NCBI GenBank assembly: GCA_001794215.1
Contig: MGJK01000011.1
Span: 3,170 to 67,169 of the forward strand
DNA length: 64,000 nt
Direction: 5' to 3'
DNA from: Candidatus Yanofskybacteria bacterium RIFCSPHIGHO2_01_FULL_44_24
GTDB taxonomy: Bacteria > Patescibacteriota > Minisyncoccia > 2-02-FULL-40-12 > GWA2-44-9
Positions within the stretch are counted from its first letter, which is position 1, and each line of letters opens with the position of its first letter. Made by a program: the position numbers and the translations under genes. Positions 36,641 through 47,294 of this stretch are shown here, in pieces. The notes below the pieces were generated by a model, which saw nothing but the letters and a program-made list of their open reading frames with translations, did no database searches and was not told the DNA's origin.

Positions 36641-37885
36641 CTATGGGAGAAAATTCTTAAACCATTCCTTCAGTTTTTTAAACGATTCGCCGTTATCGGA
36701 GGAAAATCCTCCTTTTGACTTGGGTCCCTCCGACTCGCTTTGAATCCCCCACATTACCAGGCCGATGGCTACAGCAAAAGACGGATCATCCACTATATCC
36801 GCAATACCGTCGACATGCAAAGCTCGAGCTATTCTTACAGGAAGCTTAAACCTTTCTTTAGCTAAGAGAGCGATGCCCGGAAGATTGGCCCCTCCCCCGC
36901 TGAGCACTATTCCAGCCGGCAACAATCCTCCGCGCGGTATCTTTTTCAACTCATTACCGACTACATCAAATAGTTCATGAACACGTGCGTCTATAGCCCT
37001 GACTAACTGCTTCTTGGGCAGTCTGAAATTATCTTCTCCTAACAATTTAGAAAGATCAACCTCGCTTTTCTTTCTTAAGTCTTCCGCATCGGATGTTGCA
37101 CCATGCTCAAGCTTCACGCGTTCCGCCACATCAATAGAGGTTCTCAATAAAACAGCCAAGTCGTTGGTGATATGCCTCGATCCGATCGGCAAAACGGAAC
37201 TGTACAGCATGTCCGACTCTTCAAAAACCGCCAGGCTGGAAGTTCCGCCTCCAAAATCAAGATTAATTACTCCATATTCTTTTTGATTCTTATCTAAAAC
37301 AGCAAGGGATGAGGCTAAGGGGGCATAAACTAAGCCGGACACCTCAATGCCGACAGCGTTGACGCACTTTGCCATATTTCTCAAATAAGGCGACAGGCCA
37401 TCGATGATAAGCACTTCGGCTTCAAGCCTTACACCCTTCATGCCGATCGGATTTTTTACATATTCAACGCCGTCAACGATATAGTTACGAGGGACTACGT
37501 GAATAATTTCCCTATTGGCAGGCATACTGATCACAGAAGCCGCTTGAATAACCCGATCAATATCGCTTTGGGAAATTTCATTATCGGCTCTTGATACGGC
37601 TATTACGCCCCGAGAAATTTGAGTCCTTATGTGCAAACCGTTTACGGCAAGATAGGCTCTCTTGATCTGATTGCCGGACATAGCTTCGGCTCTTTGGACC
37701 GCGGTACGTATGTTCTCTACGGTCTCTTCCATATCCACCACCGCTCCCTTTCTCAAACCGTTAGAGGGCGCACTTCCGGCTCCTAATATTTCGGGGGTTA
37801 AATTGTCAGTATTAAAACGGGCAATAATTGCCTTTACTTGAGAATTGCCTATATCGATTCCGCTGATGATGTGCTGCTTTGCCAT
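36641..37885 (-). CDS. ftsA: cell division protein FtsA
   Basis: Actin-like ATPase fold (DIGNSQVKAI..., GGGTS). Confidence 0.9.
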   Translation of the reverse strand: MAKQHIISGIDIGNSQVKAIIARFNTDNLTPEILGAGSAPSNGLRKGAVVDMEETVENIRTAVQRAEAMSGNQIKRAYLAVNGLHIRTQISRGVIAVSRADNEISQSDIDRVIQAASVISMPANREIIHVVPRNYIVDGVEYVKNPIGMKGVRLEAEVLIIDGLSPYLRNMAKCVNAVGIEVSGLVYAPLASSLAVLDKNQKEYGVINLDFGGGTSSLAVFEESDMLYSSVLPIGSRHITNDLAVLLRTSIDVAERVKLEHGATSDAEDLRKKSEVDLSKLLGEDNFRLPKKQLVRAIDARVHELFDVVGNELKKIPRGGLLPAGIVLSGGGANLPGIALLAKERFKLPVRIARALHVDGIADIVDDPSFAVAIGLVMWGIQSESEGPKSKGGFSSDNGESFKKLKEWFKNFLP

Positions 37886-37986
37886 TCAGTTCATCAAGTT
37901 TCTAAAGTTATAAAGTTCTTAAAGTTAAAACTTTATAAACCTTATAAACTTTCGACTTTTTACTGAAAATTATGCCACAAAAAAAT

Positions 37987-38454
37987 CTATAAACTTAATC
38001 TATCTAAAATAACTTGCTCTAATCTCTCCATTTCTCTTGCTTCCGCGGCATGATTTTCATGATCATATCCGGCTAAATGCAAAAACCCATGGACGACCAG
38101 CCGGGCAAGTTCGGTTTCTACAGCTATATTCTCTCTTTTTGCGGCCTTTTTGGCAAATGAAGGGTAAATAAAGATATCCCCAAGGTCGGTAGCATGCAGT
38201 AAGTAGTTAGTAGTGAGTAGTTTCTGGAGAGCGCCGATAGACATCGGAAAGGACAATACGTCGGTGACTTTATTCTTATGACGATACTTATTATTAAGCT
38301 CCTTTATTTTAGACTCCCCTACTAAATTAACACTTATCCCCACGTGCTTACCCTCCATATTTAATTCCCGCATACCGGCTTTGATAATATTTTCGAAAAA
38401 ATCCTTCTTCAAGGTTTTATCGGCGGTTAAATTTCGGAAAGTAAGGTCCAACAT
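37987..38454 (-). CDS. ybeY: rRNA maturation endoribonuclease YbeY
   Basis: HGFLHLAGYDHE zinc-binding motif. Confidence 0.9.
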   Translation of the reverse strand: MLDLTFRNLTADKTLKKDFFENIIKAGMRELNMEGKHVGISVNLVGESKIKELNNKYRHKNKVTDVLSFPMSIGALQKLLTTNYLLHATDLGDIFIYPSFAKKAAKRENIAVETELARLVVHGFLHLAGYDHENHAAEAREMERLEQVILDRLSL

Positions 38455-38527
38455 TAGAAAGATCTTATCACGGATTTAATTTTTTTGGTATTACCAATCA
38501 AAAATCGGCTCTTGGGCCGATTTTTGA

Positions 38528-39019
38528 TTACTTTGAGAGCTCTTCTTTGACTACCTTACTTACGAAAGTGCCGTCAGCTTTACCTTTGACCCTGGCCATA
38601 ACGGCGCCGATGACTTTGCCCATATCTTTGATTCCACCCGCCCCAACCGTTGCAATTACCCTTTTAACTTCTTCTCTGACGGCTTCTTCCGACATCTGCT
38701 CCGGCATATAAACCATGAGTATTTCCATTTCTTTCTTCTCTTTTTCGGCTAAATCTGAGCGATTGCCCTTCTCGTATTGCTCGATTGAATCTTTTCTCTT
38801 TTTTATCTCAGACGAAAGAACCTCAATAATCTCCTCCTCGCTCAGCTGACTTGCCTCTTCGAGTCTTGCACCATCAGATTCTGACTTGCTAAGCTTGGCT
38901 CTTTTTTCCAGCTCTCTCGATTTAACGGAACTCAAAACCAGTCCCAAAACCATCCGCTTATTGGCATTGCCAGATTTAAGAGCTTCTTTAATATCCTGAT
39001 GAAGCTTCGCTTTCAACAT
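38528..39019 (-). CDS. GatB/YqeY domain protein
   Basis: YqeY-like N-terminus (KEALKSGNANKRMVLGLVLSSVK). Confidence 0.7.
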   Translation of the reverse strand: MLKAKLHQDIKEALKSGNANKRMVLGLVLSSVKSRELEKRAKLSKSESDGARLEEASQLSEEEIIEVLSSEIKKRKDSIEQYEKGNRSDLAEKEKKEMEILMVYMPEQMSEEAVREEVKRVIATVGAGGIKDMGKVIGAVMARVKGKADGTFVSKVVKEELSK

Positions 39020-39112
39020 GGTGAATTAACCCAATTACCCTCATTGACCTAATTTCTAAAAAATTCCCAAGTCCCAAATTTAGATCAATTAGAAATTAGG
39101 ATAATGAGAAAT

Positions 39113-39379
39113 TTAAAGATCCAACTCCTGCTTAAGTTTTCTCTTCTGTTCCTCAAATGTATCTTCGTCGTATTTGCCAAGTTTTTCTAATTTTCTCCTT
39201 AATGCGCTTAGATGAAGCCCCATGATAGCGGCGTTCTTCTCCTTTCTCTCGGTTAATTTCTTCTGGCGGTATCGAGAGCTTTTTGCCTTAAGCAAAACTC
39301 CGCTTCTTTGCACGAAACGGTTAAAGCGCCTCATCAGGCTTCCGATGCTTTCGTTTTGTTTTCTTTTGACTTCAACCAT
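39113..39379 (-). CDS. rpsU: 30S ribosomal protein S21
   Basis: MVEVKRKQNESIGSLMRRFNRFVQRSGVL... S21 pattern. Confidence 0.75.
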   Translation of the reverse strand: MVEVKRKQNESIGSLMRRFNRFVQRSGVLLKAKSSRYRQKKLTERKEKNAAIMGLHLSALRRKLEKLGKYDEDTFEEQKRKLKQELDL

Positions 39380-39526
39380 AATGAACCTCCTCTCTCAAAT
39401 AAGAATATCGAATATCGAAATTCTAAACAAATTTCAAATCCGAATTCTCAAAACTTCAAACATTGATATATTTAGAATTTTGAATTTTCGGGCTTTATTT
39501 AGAATTTGGGGTTTAGTATTTCAGAT

Positions 39527-39874
39527 TTACTTTACTATCTTCGGTCCCAGCTTTTTCCCGCCCAATAAATGAATGTGAAAATGGGGCACTAATTTGCCGC
39601 CATCTTCTCCTTCATTAATTATCAGCCTATATCCCTTATCGCCTAAATCAAGATCATGAGCAACCTTGTCGGCAACCATCAAGCCGCGCCCCAACAAACT
39701 TGCATCCTTGTCGGTAACCTCATGAATACTTTCAAAATGCTTTACCGGAATAATAAGCAAATGAACCGGGGCTTGCGGATTAATATCTTTAATAACCCAA
39801 AATTCGGCATCTTTATATACGGCCTCGGCTTTCAGTTCGCCTTTTATAATTTTGCAGAAAATATCGTCAATCAC
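39527..39874 (-). CDS. HIT family (histidine triad) nucleotide hydrolase
   Basis: HFHIHLLGG histidine triad. Confidence 0.85.
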   Translation of the reverse strand: MIDDIFCKIIKGELKAEAVYKDAEFWVIKDINPQAPVHLLIIPVKHFESIHEVTDKDASLLGRGLMVADKVAHDLDLGDKGYRLIINEGEDGGKLVPHFHIHLLGGKKLGPKIVK

Positions 39875-39966
39875 AGAAATTAACCTAAGTACCCTAATTG
39901 ACCTAATGTCTAAAAAAACTCCAAGCCTCGAATTCAGATCAATTAGAAATTAGAATAATTAGAAAT

Positions 39967-41250
39967 TTACTTTTTAAGCCTCTTCTTCATCTCATCCACC
40001 ACCTTAGTCAGCAACAAGGTTTCCTGAATGCCGGTATCCATTTCTCTGAGAATAATGGTTCCCTCCAGCGCTTCTTTTTGTCCAAATATAAGGGTGTATT
40101 TTACTCCGAGCCTATGGGCAATTCGCAATTGGGATTTTATGCTGTCCCGGCCGAAAGAAGATTTGACTTCAATACCGGCTTTTCTTAAATTCTCAAACAA
40201 AGCTAAGCTTTTTTTCTTGGCCGCTTCCCCAAGCTGAGCCAAAAAAACCCTGGGCTTAATGCCGATCTCGGGAACCGAAATACCCTTGGCTTTTACTTCC
40301 GAAACAACCCGGTCGATACCCATAGCCCAGCCGGCAGCCGGCGTCTTTGATCCTCCCAGCATATCAATCAATCTATCATAGCGACCGCCGGAAATAACGG
40401 CAGATTGAGCGGTAATGTTTTCTTCAGGCAAAAATTCAAAAACAGTTCTTGTATAGTAGTCGAGCCCTCTGACCAAAGAGGAATCTAATATATACGGCAC
40501 CTTGGTTTCGTCCAAGAACTCAAGAACTCTTTTGAAATGCGTCTTGCAGGTATCGTCCAGAAAATCAATTATCGGCGGGGCTTCCTTATTTACCTCTCTG
40601 CATCCTTCTTCTTTGCAGTCAAGCATTCTAAGAACGTTCTTCTTGAATCTGATCCGGCATTGAGGGCACACTTTTTTTATCTTGTTTTTATAAAAGTCCT
40701 TCAACGCCCTGAGATAAGCGGGGCGACAGCTTTGATCGCCGATACTGTTGATATGCACATTGTATCCGTGAAGACCGACGCTATCCAAAATCTTATAGCC
40801 TAAAAATATCAATTCTGCGTCAACAACTTCCGAAGCGTCTCCTATAGTTTCCAGGCCCAGCTGATAAAACTGGCGGTATCTCCCCTGTTGCGGCTGATCA
40901 TGTCTGAACATCGGACCGATGTAATAAAGCTTGACCGGATGAGGCCTGACATTCATCCCGTTTTCCAGATAAGCCCTTACCGTTGAGGCCGTCCCTTCGG
41001 GACGCAAAGAGATATCATCGCCGCCTTTGGTTTTAAAATTATATATCTCCTTTTCGGCAATATCCGAAGAACTTCCGACGGAACGCAAAAATAATTCCGT
41101 CGGTTCCACTATCGGAGTATCAATTCTTTCAAAACTGTAATCCTCAATCAGAGATTGAGATTTTTTCATCACATGGCGCCAGTATTTTTGATCCTCGGGC
41201 AGAATATCATGCATACCCTTGGGCGCCTGAATTGTTTTCTGTTTTGCCAT
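39967..41250 (-). CDS. hisS: histidine--tRNA ligase
   Basis: 427 aa class II aaRS with HisRS motifs and anticodon-binding domain. Confidence 0.9.
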   Translation of the reverse strand: MAKQKTIQAPKGMHDILPEDQKYWRHVMKKSQSLIEDYSFERIDTPIVEPTELFLRSVGSSSDIAEKEIYNFKTKGGDDISLRPEGTASTVRAYLENGMNVRPHPVKLYYIGPMFRHDQPQQGRYRQFYQLGLETIGDASEVVDAELIFLGYKILDSVGLHGYNVHINSIGDQSCRPAYLRALKDFYKNKIKKVCPQCRIRFKKNVLRMLDCKEEGCREVNKEAPPIIDFLDDTCKTHFKRVLEFLDETKVPYILDSSLVRGLDYYTRTVFEFLPEENITAQSAVISGGRYDRLIDMLGGSKTPAAGWAMGIDRVVSEVKAKGISVPEIGIKPRVFLAQLGEAAKKKSLALFENLRKAGIEVKSSFGRDSIKSQLRIAHRLGVKYTLIFGQKEALEGTIILREMDTGIQETLLLTKVVDEMKKRLKK

Positions 41251-41367
41251 AAATTAACTAAATACTAATATCCCTACCTGCTCGCCTCGCTGAAGCTCCG
41301 GCGAAGCGAGCCGGCAGGCAAGTAAACTCTAAACTTTTAAAACCGCAGATTGTTTTTGATTTTAAAT

Positions 41368-41976
41368 TTAGTAGGAATATTCGACCTCAGAAATCGCTGT
41401 AAACCTCGAGAACGGCCAAGCTCTTAAAAACGCCCGTCCGGTTATAAAATGTTCAGCTAACGGACCCCACCTTCTTGAATCGGAGCTTTGCAGGCGATTA
41501 TCCCCTAAAACATAAAATTCCTTATCCCCTAATTTAACCTTGGAACTGCCCAGGGTTCTTTGATGGCCGTCCAAATAATCCTCTTTCAGATAAAAACCGT
41601 CGGGATACCGCTCGTTATAAATTTTAACTTTGTCGTTAAGAATCTCCACGCTTTCTCCGGGCAAGCCTATGATTCTCTTTATGAAAAATTGAGAGGGATC
41701 CTCGGGGTATCTGAATATTATCACGTCGCCCCTCGCCGGATCTTTGAACCGATAGCTTATCTCGTCAATCAGCAGGTAATCTCCGTCATCAAAACTCGAC
41801 TCCATTGATGCTCCTTTTACAAAAAAAGGCTGTACCAGATAATACCTGATTGGCAGAATTATAGCAAGCGAAATGATCACGACTTTCAGGGCCTCCCAAA
41901 CAACCAAAAAAATGTTATTTTTCGGTTTCATCGGCGTATCTTCTGAATGGTTATCATGGAAATCCTGCTCAGCCAT
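41368..41976 (-). CDS. lepB: signal peptidase I
   Basis: Catalytic Ser (GASMESS) and Lys box. GDNRLQSSDSR motif. Confidence 0.85.
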   Translation of the reverse strand: MAEQDFHDNHSEDTPMKPKNNIFLVVWEALKVVIISLAIILPIRYYLVQPFFVKGASMESSFDDGDYLLIDEISYRFKDPARGDVIIFRYPEDPSQFFIKRIIGLPGESVEILNDKVKIYNERYPDGFYLKEDYLDGHQRTLGSSKVKLGDKEFYVLGDNRLQSSDSRRWGPLAEHFITGRAFLRAWPFSRFTAISEVEYSY

Positions 41977-41989
41977 CTATGCATGATAA

Positions 41990-42265
41990 CACGATTTTTA
42001 GCTCATTTCAACCAAAAATGATTCTCCCCGGCTACCCGCCTCGCTCGCCTTGGCGTAGCCACGCTACAGCGAAGCCAGGCCGAAGACGTCGAGTCGAGGT
42101 AAGCAGCCGGGGTATCCTATCGGATACCATGAGTCGCATAGCCATTCGGCTATATTTGATTGCGACTCGGAGATACTGTTAGCCCCTCCGTCCCGTTAAG
42201 GCGGGACTACGGGCTTAGCTTCATCCGCGGGCTTACGCCCGCGGTATTCGCCTAAGGGCTAATAA
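41990..42265. ncRNA. GC-rich multi-hairpin region, candidate structured ncRNA (possibly SRP RNA-like). Strand undetermined
   Basis: About 58% GC in a roughly 40% GC genome. At least five perfect hairpins (GGTATCC-TATC-GGATACC, GAGTCGCA...TGCGACTC, CCGCGGGC-TTAC-GCCCGCGG, GGCTAC...GTAGCC). GTCGAGTCGAGGTAAGCAGCC resembles the SRP domain IV GUCAGGUCCGGAAGGAAGCAGCC. Confidence 0.3.
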
Positions 42266-42291
42266 AAAGCCTCCTACGAAGGAGACTGCTA

Positions 42292-42567
42292 TTACAATAG
42301 ATACTCTTCCAAAAATACTTTCCAGACAGACACCATCCATACAAAAAAATAGATCATTAATACGGCCTGTAACCCTCCCAAAAACAAGACCCCTAATTTA
42401 AGCGCAATTATATTTATACCCTGCCAGAAGCCTTCGTGCTTGGCTATCGCCTTGGCGACAAGGAATAACCATATCGGAGTCATAGCTAAAACCAAGCAAG
42501 TTAAACTTATCAATAAAAGAATTAAAGATGCCCAAAGCTTATTAATCCAAACCACGAGCTTATCCAT
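42292..42567 (-). CDS. small membrane protein (91 aa)
   Basis: Three hydrophobic segments. A terminator hairpin (CTCCT-TCGT-AGGAG plus U-run) lies downstream. Confidence 0.4.
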   Translation of the reverse strand: MDKLVVWINKLWASLILLLISLTCLVLAMTPIWLFLVAKAIAKHEGFWQGINIIALKLGVLFLGGLQAVLMIYFFVWMVSVWKVFLEEYLL

Positions 42568-42669
42568 TTACCACCCCTTTTTTTAATTGTAAAAAAGCTT
42601 AGTAGCGGTTAATTTACTAAAAACCTTTCAATTAGTCAATTAATCCTGTAGTATATCCTTACGCCTACG

Positions 42670-43233
42670 ATGAAATTGATAATCGGAATCGGAAACCCGG
42701 ATAAAGAATACCAGAACACCCGCCACAATGTCGGGTTTATGCTGTTGGATTACATGACCAAGAAAAGCGACCTTGGAGATTTCAAGCTCGATAAAAAATC
42801 AGATTCTCTTATCGTGAAGGGTAGGCTCGGCAAGTCTTCGGTCGTACTTGCAAAACCGCAGAATTACGTGAATAAATCGGGCGAGGCTGTCTCAAAATTA
42901 ATTAAAAATTTAAAATTGAAAATTGAAAATTTAGCCGTTATCCATGATGATCTCGATATTCCTTTCGGCAATACGAAACTTTCATTGGGGAAAAATTCTG
43001 GAGGACACAAGGGAGTGGAATCAATTATGAGAGCGGTCAAAACGAAAGACTTCTACCGTCTCAGAATCGGTACGGCCAAAAGAGCTCTCGATAACGCCCG
43101 CGACCAATCAGACAAGAAACGCGATGAATTTGTCAGAAACTTCGTCCTCTCAAAGTTCTCCCCTTCCGAACAGGATGAGCTTAAGAAAATCTTCAAAGAA
43201 GGGTACGAGAAACTATTGGGAATTATAAATTAG
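42670..43233 (+). CDS. pth: peptidyl-tRNA hydrolase
   Basis: MKLIIGIGNPDKEYQNTRHNVGF, a canonical Pth N-terminus. Confidence 0.9.
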   Translation: MKLIIGIGNPDKEYQNTRHNVGFMLLDYMTKKSDLGDFKLDKKSDSLIVKGRLGKSSVVLAKPQNYVNKSGEAVSKLIKNLKLKIENLAVIHDDLDIPFGNTKLSLGKNSGGHKGVESIMRAVKTKDFYRLRIGTAKRALDNARDQSDKKRDEFVRNFVLSKFSPSEQDELKKIFKEGYEKLLGIIN

Positions 43234-43289
43234 GCTTGCCCTAAACAAAAATCGCCCTATCGGGGGCGATTTTTGTTTGGGACAATTAC

Positions 43290-43979
43290 TTACTCCCCTA
43301 TTTTCTTTCGAAGATTGGCTACCAATTCTTCCGCATGCTTGACTCCGCCGAGGCCAAAGGCCAAACCAAAGGCCAAAGCGCTTCCGGCCACACCTCCGAT
43401 AATCACTATTCTGATTACGTCGTCGGCAACCTTAAGCTGAGACAGGGCGATCAGTAAAGCAAAGACGAAGATAGACCATTTGGTAATAGCACCAAGCAAG
43501 TTAGCCGAAACTAAACCTGCCGCCTTTACCGAACCTTTAACTAATCCTTCCAAGAACTTGGCGACTAAAATACCGATCAGTAGGATAACTGCGGCAATTA
43601 TCACATTCGGTATATATAGAACGACAGTCCTCAGAAACTCGCTCACCTGGTTAAGCCCTAAAATATTACTGGCGGCCATCAGAAAGACCACGATAAAAAA
43701 CCATTTGATCAGTTCGTTGAAAAATTTAGCGCTATCTAATCTTAAGCCGCTCCTTTCCCAGGCTCGCCTGAAGCCTACTCGAGCAAGTGCATTGTCAATA
43801 TGGAGGACTCTCACTACATGGCCGGCAACCTGTCCAAGAACGATGGCTATAAGCCAGCCAACGAGAAAAACAACTAAAGCCGCGATAAGGCGCGGGGCAA
43901 AACCTGCCACATTTGACCACATGGTCAAAAGCGAAGAGCCCACGATATCCGAAGCGGCTGTTACCTCAAAAAACATCAT
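43290..43979 (-). CDS. membrane protein with repeated conserved-TM-helix motifs (MscS-associated TM_helix-like)
   Basis: Three similar helices (LIAALVVFLVGWLIAIVLGQVAG / IIAAVILLIGILVAKFLEGLVKG / IVIIGGVAGSALAFGLAFGLGG). Confidence 0.4.
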   Translation of the reverse strand: MMFFEVTAASDIVGSSLLTMWSNVAGFAPRLIAALVVFLVGWLIAIVLGQVAGHVVRVLHIDNALARVGFRRAWERSGLRLDSAKFFNELIKWFFIVVFLMAASNILGLNQVSEFLRTVVLYIPNVIIAAVILLIGILVAKFLEGLVKGSVKAAGLVSANLLGAITKWSIFVFALLIALSQLKVADDVIRIVIIGGVAGSALAFGLAFGLGGVKHAEELVANLRKKIGE

Positions 43980-44055
43980 AAAAGCACCTCCGTTCCATGA
44001 ATATATCTTAACATCTATCGGTAGGGTATGCAGAAGGCGTGTGGATAATTAAAAA

Positions 44056-46080
44056 CTAAACGAGAAATTGAGCTATGAGCAAAGCAACAATATTAGCTAC
44101 TTTAATCATCGGATTAATTGCCGGACCGGCGGTATCTTTGTACGGATCCCCTACCGTATCTCCTGTAACAGCCGCTTTATGGGCATCTGATCCTTTTCCG
44201 CCATAATTCCCTTCTTCAATGTATTTCTTCGCATTATCCCAAGCCGCACCGCCGGATGTCATGGAAATCGCGACAAACAATCCGGTGATAATCACTCCGA
44301 CAAGAAGACCGCCAAGCGCTTCAGGACCCAAGATAAATCCAACCGCTACGGGAAAGGCTATCGGAATCAAGGCCGGAAGTATCATCTCTTTTATAGCCGC
44401 CTTGGTGACTATATCAACTGCTCTTCCGTAATCGGGCTTTCCGGTACCTGCCATAATTCCGGGAATTTCCCGAAACTGCCTTCGAACTTCGTCAACGATG
44501 GCCGATCCGGCTCGGCTTACCGCCTGCATCGCCATTGATCCGAAGAGGTAAGGCATCATTCCTCCGACAAACAGACCGAGTAAAACTCTCACGTCCTGCA
44601 GTTCAAAGAATACATTTCTTCCAAGATCAGCTAATTCTTGAGTATAAGCGGCAAAAAGAACCATGGCCGCCAATCCGGCAGACGCAATCGCGTATCCCTT
44701 GGTTACGGCTTTGGTCGTGTTGCCGACGGCATCTAAGGCATCCGTAGATTCCCTGACCGAGTCAGAAAGTCCGGCCATTTCAGCGATTCCTCCGGCATTA
44801 TCGGTGATCGGACCAAAGGCATCGATGGCAACGATAATCCCCGTCAAAGAAAGCATGCTCATCGTCGCTAATGCAATACCGTATAAGCCCATGAACCAGT
44901 AGGCTCCGAACATTGCCGCTCCGATCACCACGACAGGCAAGGCGGTCGACTGCATGGATACGGCCAGTCCCATAATTATATTCGTGCCATGACCGGTCGT
45001 TGAGGATTTAGCGATTGATTTTACGGGACCGAATTTTTTGGAAGTATAGTAATCAGTAATCAATACCATCAAACCGGTGACCCCTAACCCGATCAATAAA
45101 GCCCACAAAACATTCCACGAAGAGACAAGTCCTCCGGACAGTTCGGCTAAATTTTTTACATAATCAACTTTTTGGGTAATAAGCAGGAATAATCCGGCCG
45201 ATATTGCGCCGGTAATTCCCAAGCCCTTATAAAGAGCGCCCATGATTCCGCCCTTGCCCAATCTTACAAAAAACGATCCAGCTATTGATGCGAGTATCGA
45301 TACGGCTCCGATCAAAAGTGGAAGCTCAACGAATCCGGGAACGGACGGAATTAGAAGATGGCCCAAAAGCATTACCGAAATCGCCGAAACGACATAAGTT
45401 TCAAACAAATCCGCGGCCATACCGGCATCATCTCCGACATTGTCCCCGACAAGATCCGCTATCACTGCCGGATTTCGAGGATCATCTTCGGGAATACCGG
45501 CCTCAACCTTTCCGACTAAATCTGCACCAACATCCGCTCCCTTAGTAAATATGCCTCCGCCCAAACGGGCAAACACAGATATTAAAGAAGCTCCGAATCC
45601 AAGACCGATGAGGGCTTTTATGTCGTTAGTAAGCCAATAAAATACAGTAACAGATAAAAGGGCAAGTCCTACTACAAAAAATCCGGTAACCGCTCCGCCC
45701 TTATAGCCGAGACTGAAAGCCGGCGCCAAGCCGTTCTTGGCCTCTTCGGCAACCCGCGCATTAGCTCTGACGGATACGATCATACCGGCATATCCGGCTA
45801 AGGCCGAAGCAACCGCTCCCACCACAAATCCCATAGAAACGAACCTTCCCAACCAAAGAGACAAAATAACCGCCACCACCAAGCCCACCCCGAAAACAGT
45901 TTTATTCTGTCTCTTAAGATAGGCCTCTGCACCCTCTTGGATTGCCTTCTGGATGGACTGCATCTTGTCATCGCCGGCGCTCTTTTTTAAAATTTCCCAA
46001 ATCAAAAACGCTCCATATCCCAATGAGGCCAATGAGGCCGCTAAGGCAAGCCATAGAGTATTCATTGCGAGAGTAACCAA
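44056..46080 (-). CDS. hppA: membrane-bound proton-translocating pyrophosphatase
   Basis: 674 aa. Signature [22 protein letters not shown], multiple TM helices, GDNVGD motif. Confidence 0.95.
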   Translation of the reverse strand: MVTLAMNTLWLALAASLASLGYGAFLIWEILKKSAGDDKMQSIQKAIQEGAEAYLKRQNKTVFGVGLVVAVILSLWLGRFVSMGFVVGAVASALAGYAGMIVSVRANARVAEEAKNGLAPAFSLGYKGGAVTGFFVVGLALLSVTVFYWLTNDIKALIGLGFGASLISVFARLGGGIFTKGADVGADLVGKVEAGIPEDDPRNPAVIADLVGDNVGDDAGMAADLFETYVVSAISVMLLGHLLIPSVPGFVELPLLIGAVSILASIAGSFFVRLGKGGIMGALYKGLGITGAISAGLFLLITQKVDYVKNLAELSGGLVSSWNVLWALLIGLGVTGLMVLITDYYTSKKFGPVKSIAKSSTTGHGTNIIMGLAVSMQSTALPVVVIGAAMFGAYWFMGLYGIALATMSMLSLTGIIVAIDAFGPITDNAGGIAEMAGLSDSVRESTDALDAVGNTTKAVTKGYAIASAGLAAMVLFAAYTQELADLGRNVFFELQDVRVLLGLFVGGMMPYLFGSMAMQAVSRAGSAIVDEVRRQFREIPGIMAGTGKPDYGRAVDIVTKAAIKEMILPALIPIAFPVAVGFILGPEALGGLLVGVIITGLFVAISMTSGGAAWDNAKKYIEEGNYGGKGSDAHKAAVTGDTVGDPYKDTAGPAINPMIKVANIVALLIAQFLV

Positions 46081-46249
46081 TTTTCATTTTTCAATTTTCA
46101 AAATTTTTTTGAAAATCAATAACTGAAAATCGGGTAAAAATTAACTTAGAAATTATATCGGATTTATGAAATAAGTTCAAGGAAAGCTCTAACTCTTATA
46201 TGGGCCCGGTCTAAGACAAATTAAAAGCCCCGCATAGGGGCCGATTAAC

Positions 46250-47233
46250 TTACTTCTTCACCACCGGAGCGCCGGGCTTGGTCACATCCATCGTACCGAC
46301 GATGGGAACGCCCATCGGGCCTACGGGAATGTAGACGACCGTGTTGTTGGGTGAATTCACCATCAGCTTCTGGGCCTCGATGGCTTCATGCTGGAGATAC
46401 TGACCGGTCAGCTGCTGCTGGATGATAGCCATAGCCTGAGCAATGCCCTGAGCCTGAATTACACGCTTTTCTTTGTCTTTTTTCTCGATCTCGATTTCCG
46501 TAGTTTTCCTCTCAAGAAGCTGGGTGGTAGCTAACTTATTGGCCACGGCATCAGAGACCTCCTGGGGATATTGGATATTCCCCACAACAACGCTCGAAAG
46601 CTCAAATGGAGTCTTGTCGGTAATCGCCCTGATTCGCTTCTCAATCGCCTGGCCGATGGAGGTAATGTTATCCTTTACCTCGAGACCATTATGCTTCTGA
46701 ACTTCATCTCGCGAGAAAGTCCTAAGAGGTTCCTTGATAAAGTTGCCGTAGGCAACCCTTACGATTTCATCGGGATGTTCCGGATCTCCCTGGCCGTTTC
46801 CGAGATAAGAAAAGTTATCCATAAAATCCTGAACCCGATCGGGTCTCATTTTGAAAACGGTATGCACCCGGAAGGAAAGTTTCAGATTGTCTTTGGAAAG
46901 AACCGAATCTTCCTTCATGAAGTCTTCCGTGTAGGTATAGGGGGTTACGCTGACGTTGGTAACATCAAGGAGCCATCCCCGGCCGGTTGAAGTCGGTCCG
47001 GTCTGAAGTTTGACAAATTGAGCCTTGCCGAAAACAGCTCCTCGAGTAACATATCCAACATAGCCTGCCGGGGTATGAGGATTTGAAGAACCGACCAGCC
47101 AGACAACGACTGAAAGAACTACCAGTCCGCCCAAAACACCTGCAACAATTCTTGCTGTCCAGTTGCGTTCCATTTCCACTCTCCTTTTTTCAAAGAAAGG
47201 CTGATTGTCCAGCCTGGATATGATTATACACAA
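46250..47233 (-). CDS. SPFH/band-7 (prohibitin/stomatin-like) membrane protein
   Basis: N-terminal TM plus SPFH domain and C-terminal coiled coil (AQGIAQAMAIIQQQL). Confidence 0.8.
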   Translation of the reverse strand: MCIIISRLDNQPFFEKRRVEMERNWTARIVAGVLGGLVVLSVVVWLVGSSNPHTPAGYVGYVTRGAVFGKAQFVKLQTGPTSTGRGWLLDVTNVSVTPYTYTEDFMKEDSVLSKDNLKLSFRVHTVFKMRPDRVQDFMDNFSYLGNGQGDPEHPDEIVRVAYGNFIKEPLRTFSRDEVQKHNGLEVKDNITSIGQAIEKRIRAITDKTPFELSSVVVGNIQYPQEVSDAVANKLATTQLLERKTTEIEIEKKDKEKRVIQAQGIAQAMAIIQQQLTGQYLQHEAIEAQKLMVNSPNNTVVYIPVGPMGVPIVGTMDVTKPGAPVVKK

Positions 47234-47294
47234 AAAATCCTAATTGTCAAAACAAAAACCCCTTGCGGGGCGTCTGAAAGAGGTGGGGGGTCGG

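Noticed and set aside
41979-42182. 67-aa plus-strand ORF
   Set aside because: It lies entirely in the GC-rich hairpin-dense candidate ncRNA region and has Arg/Pro-rich low-complexity composition.
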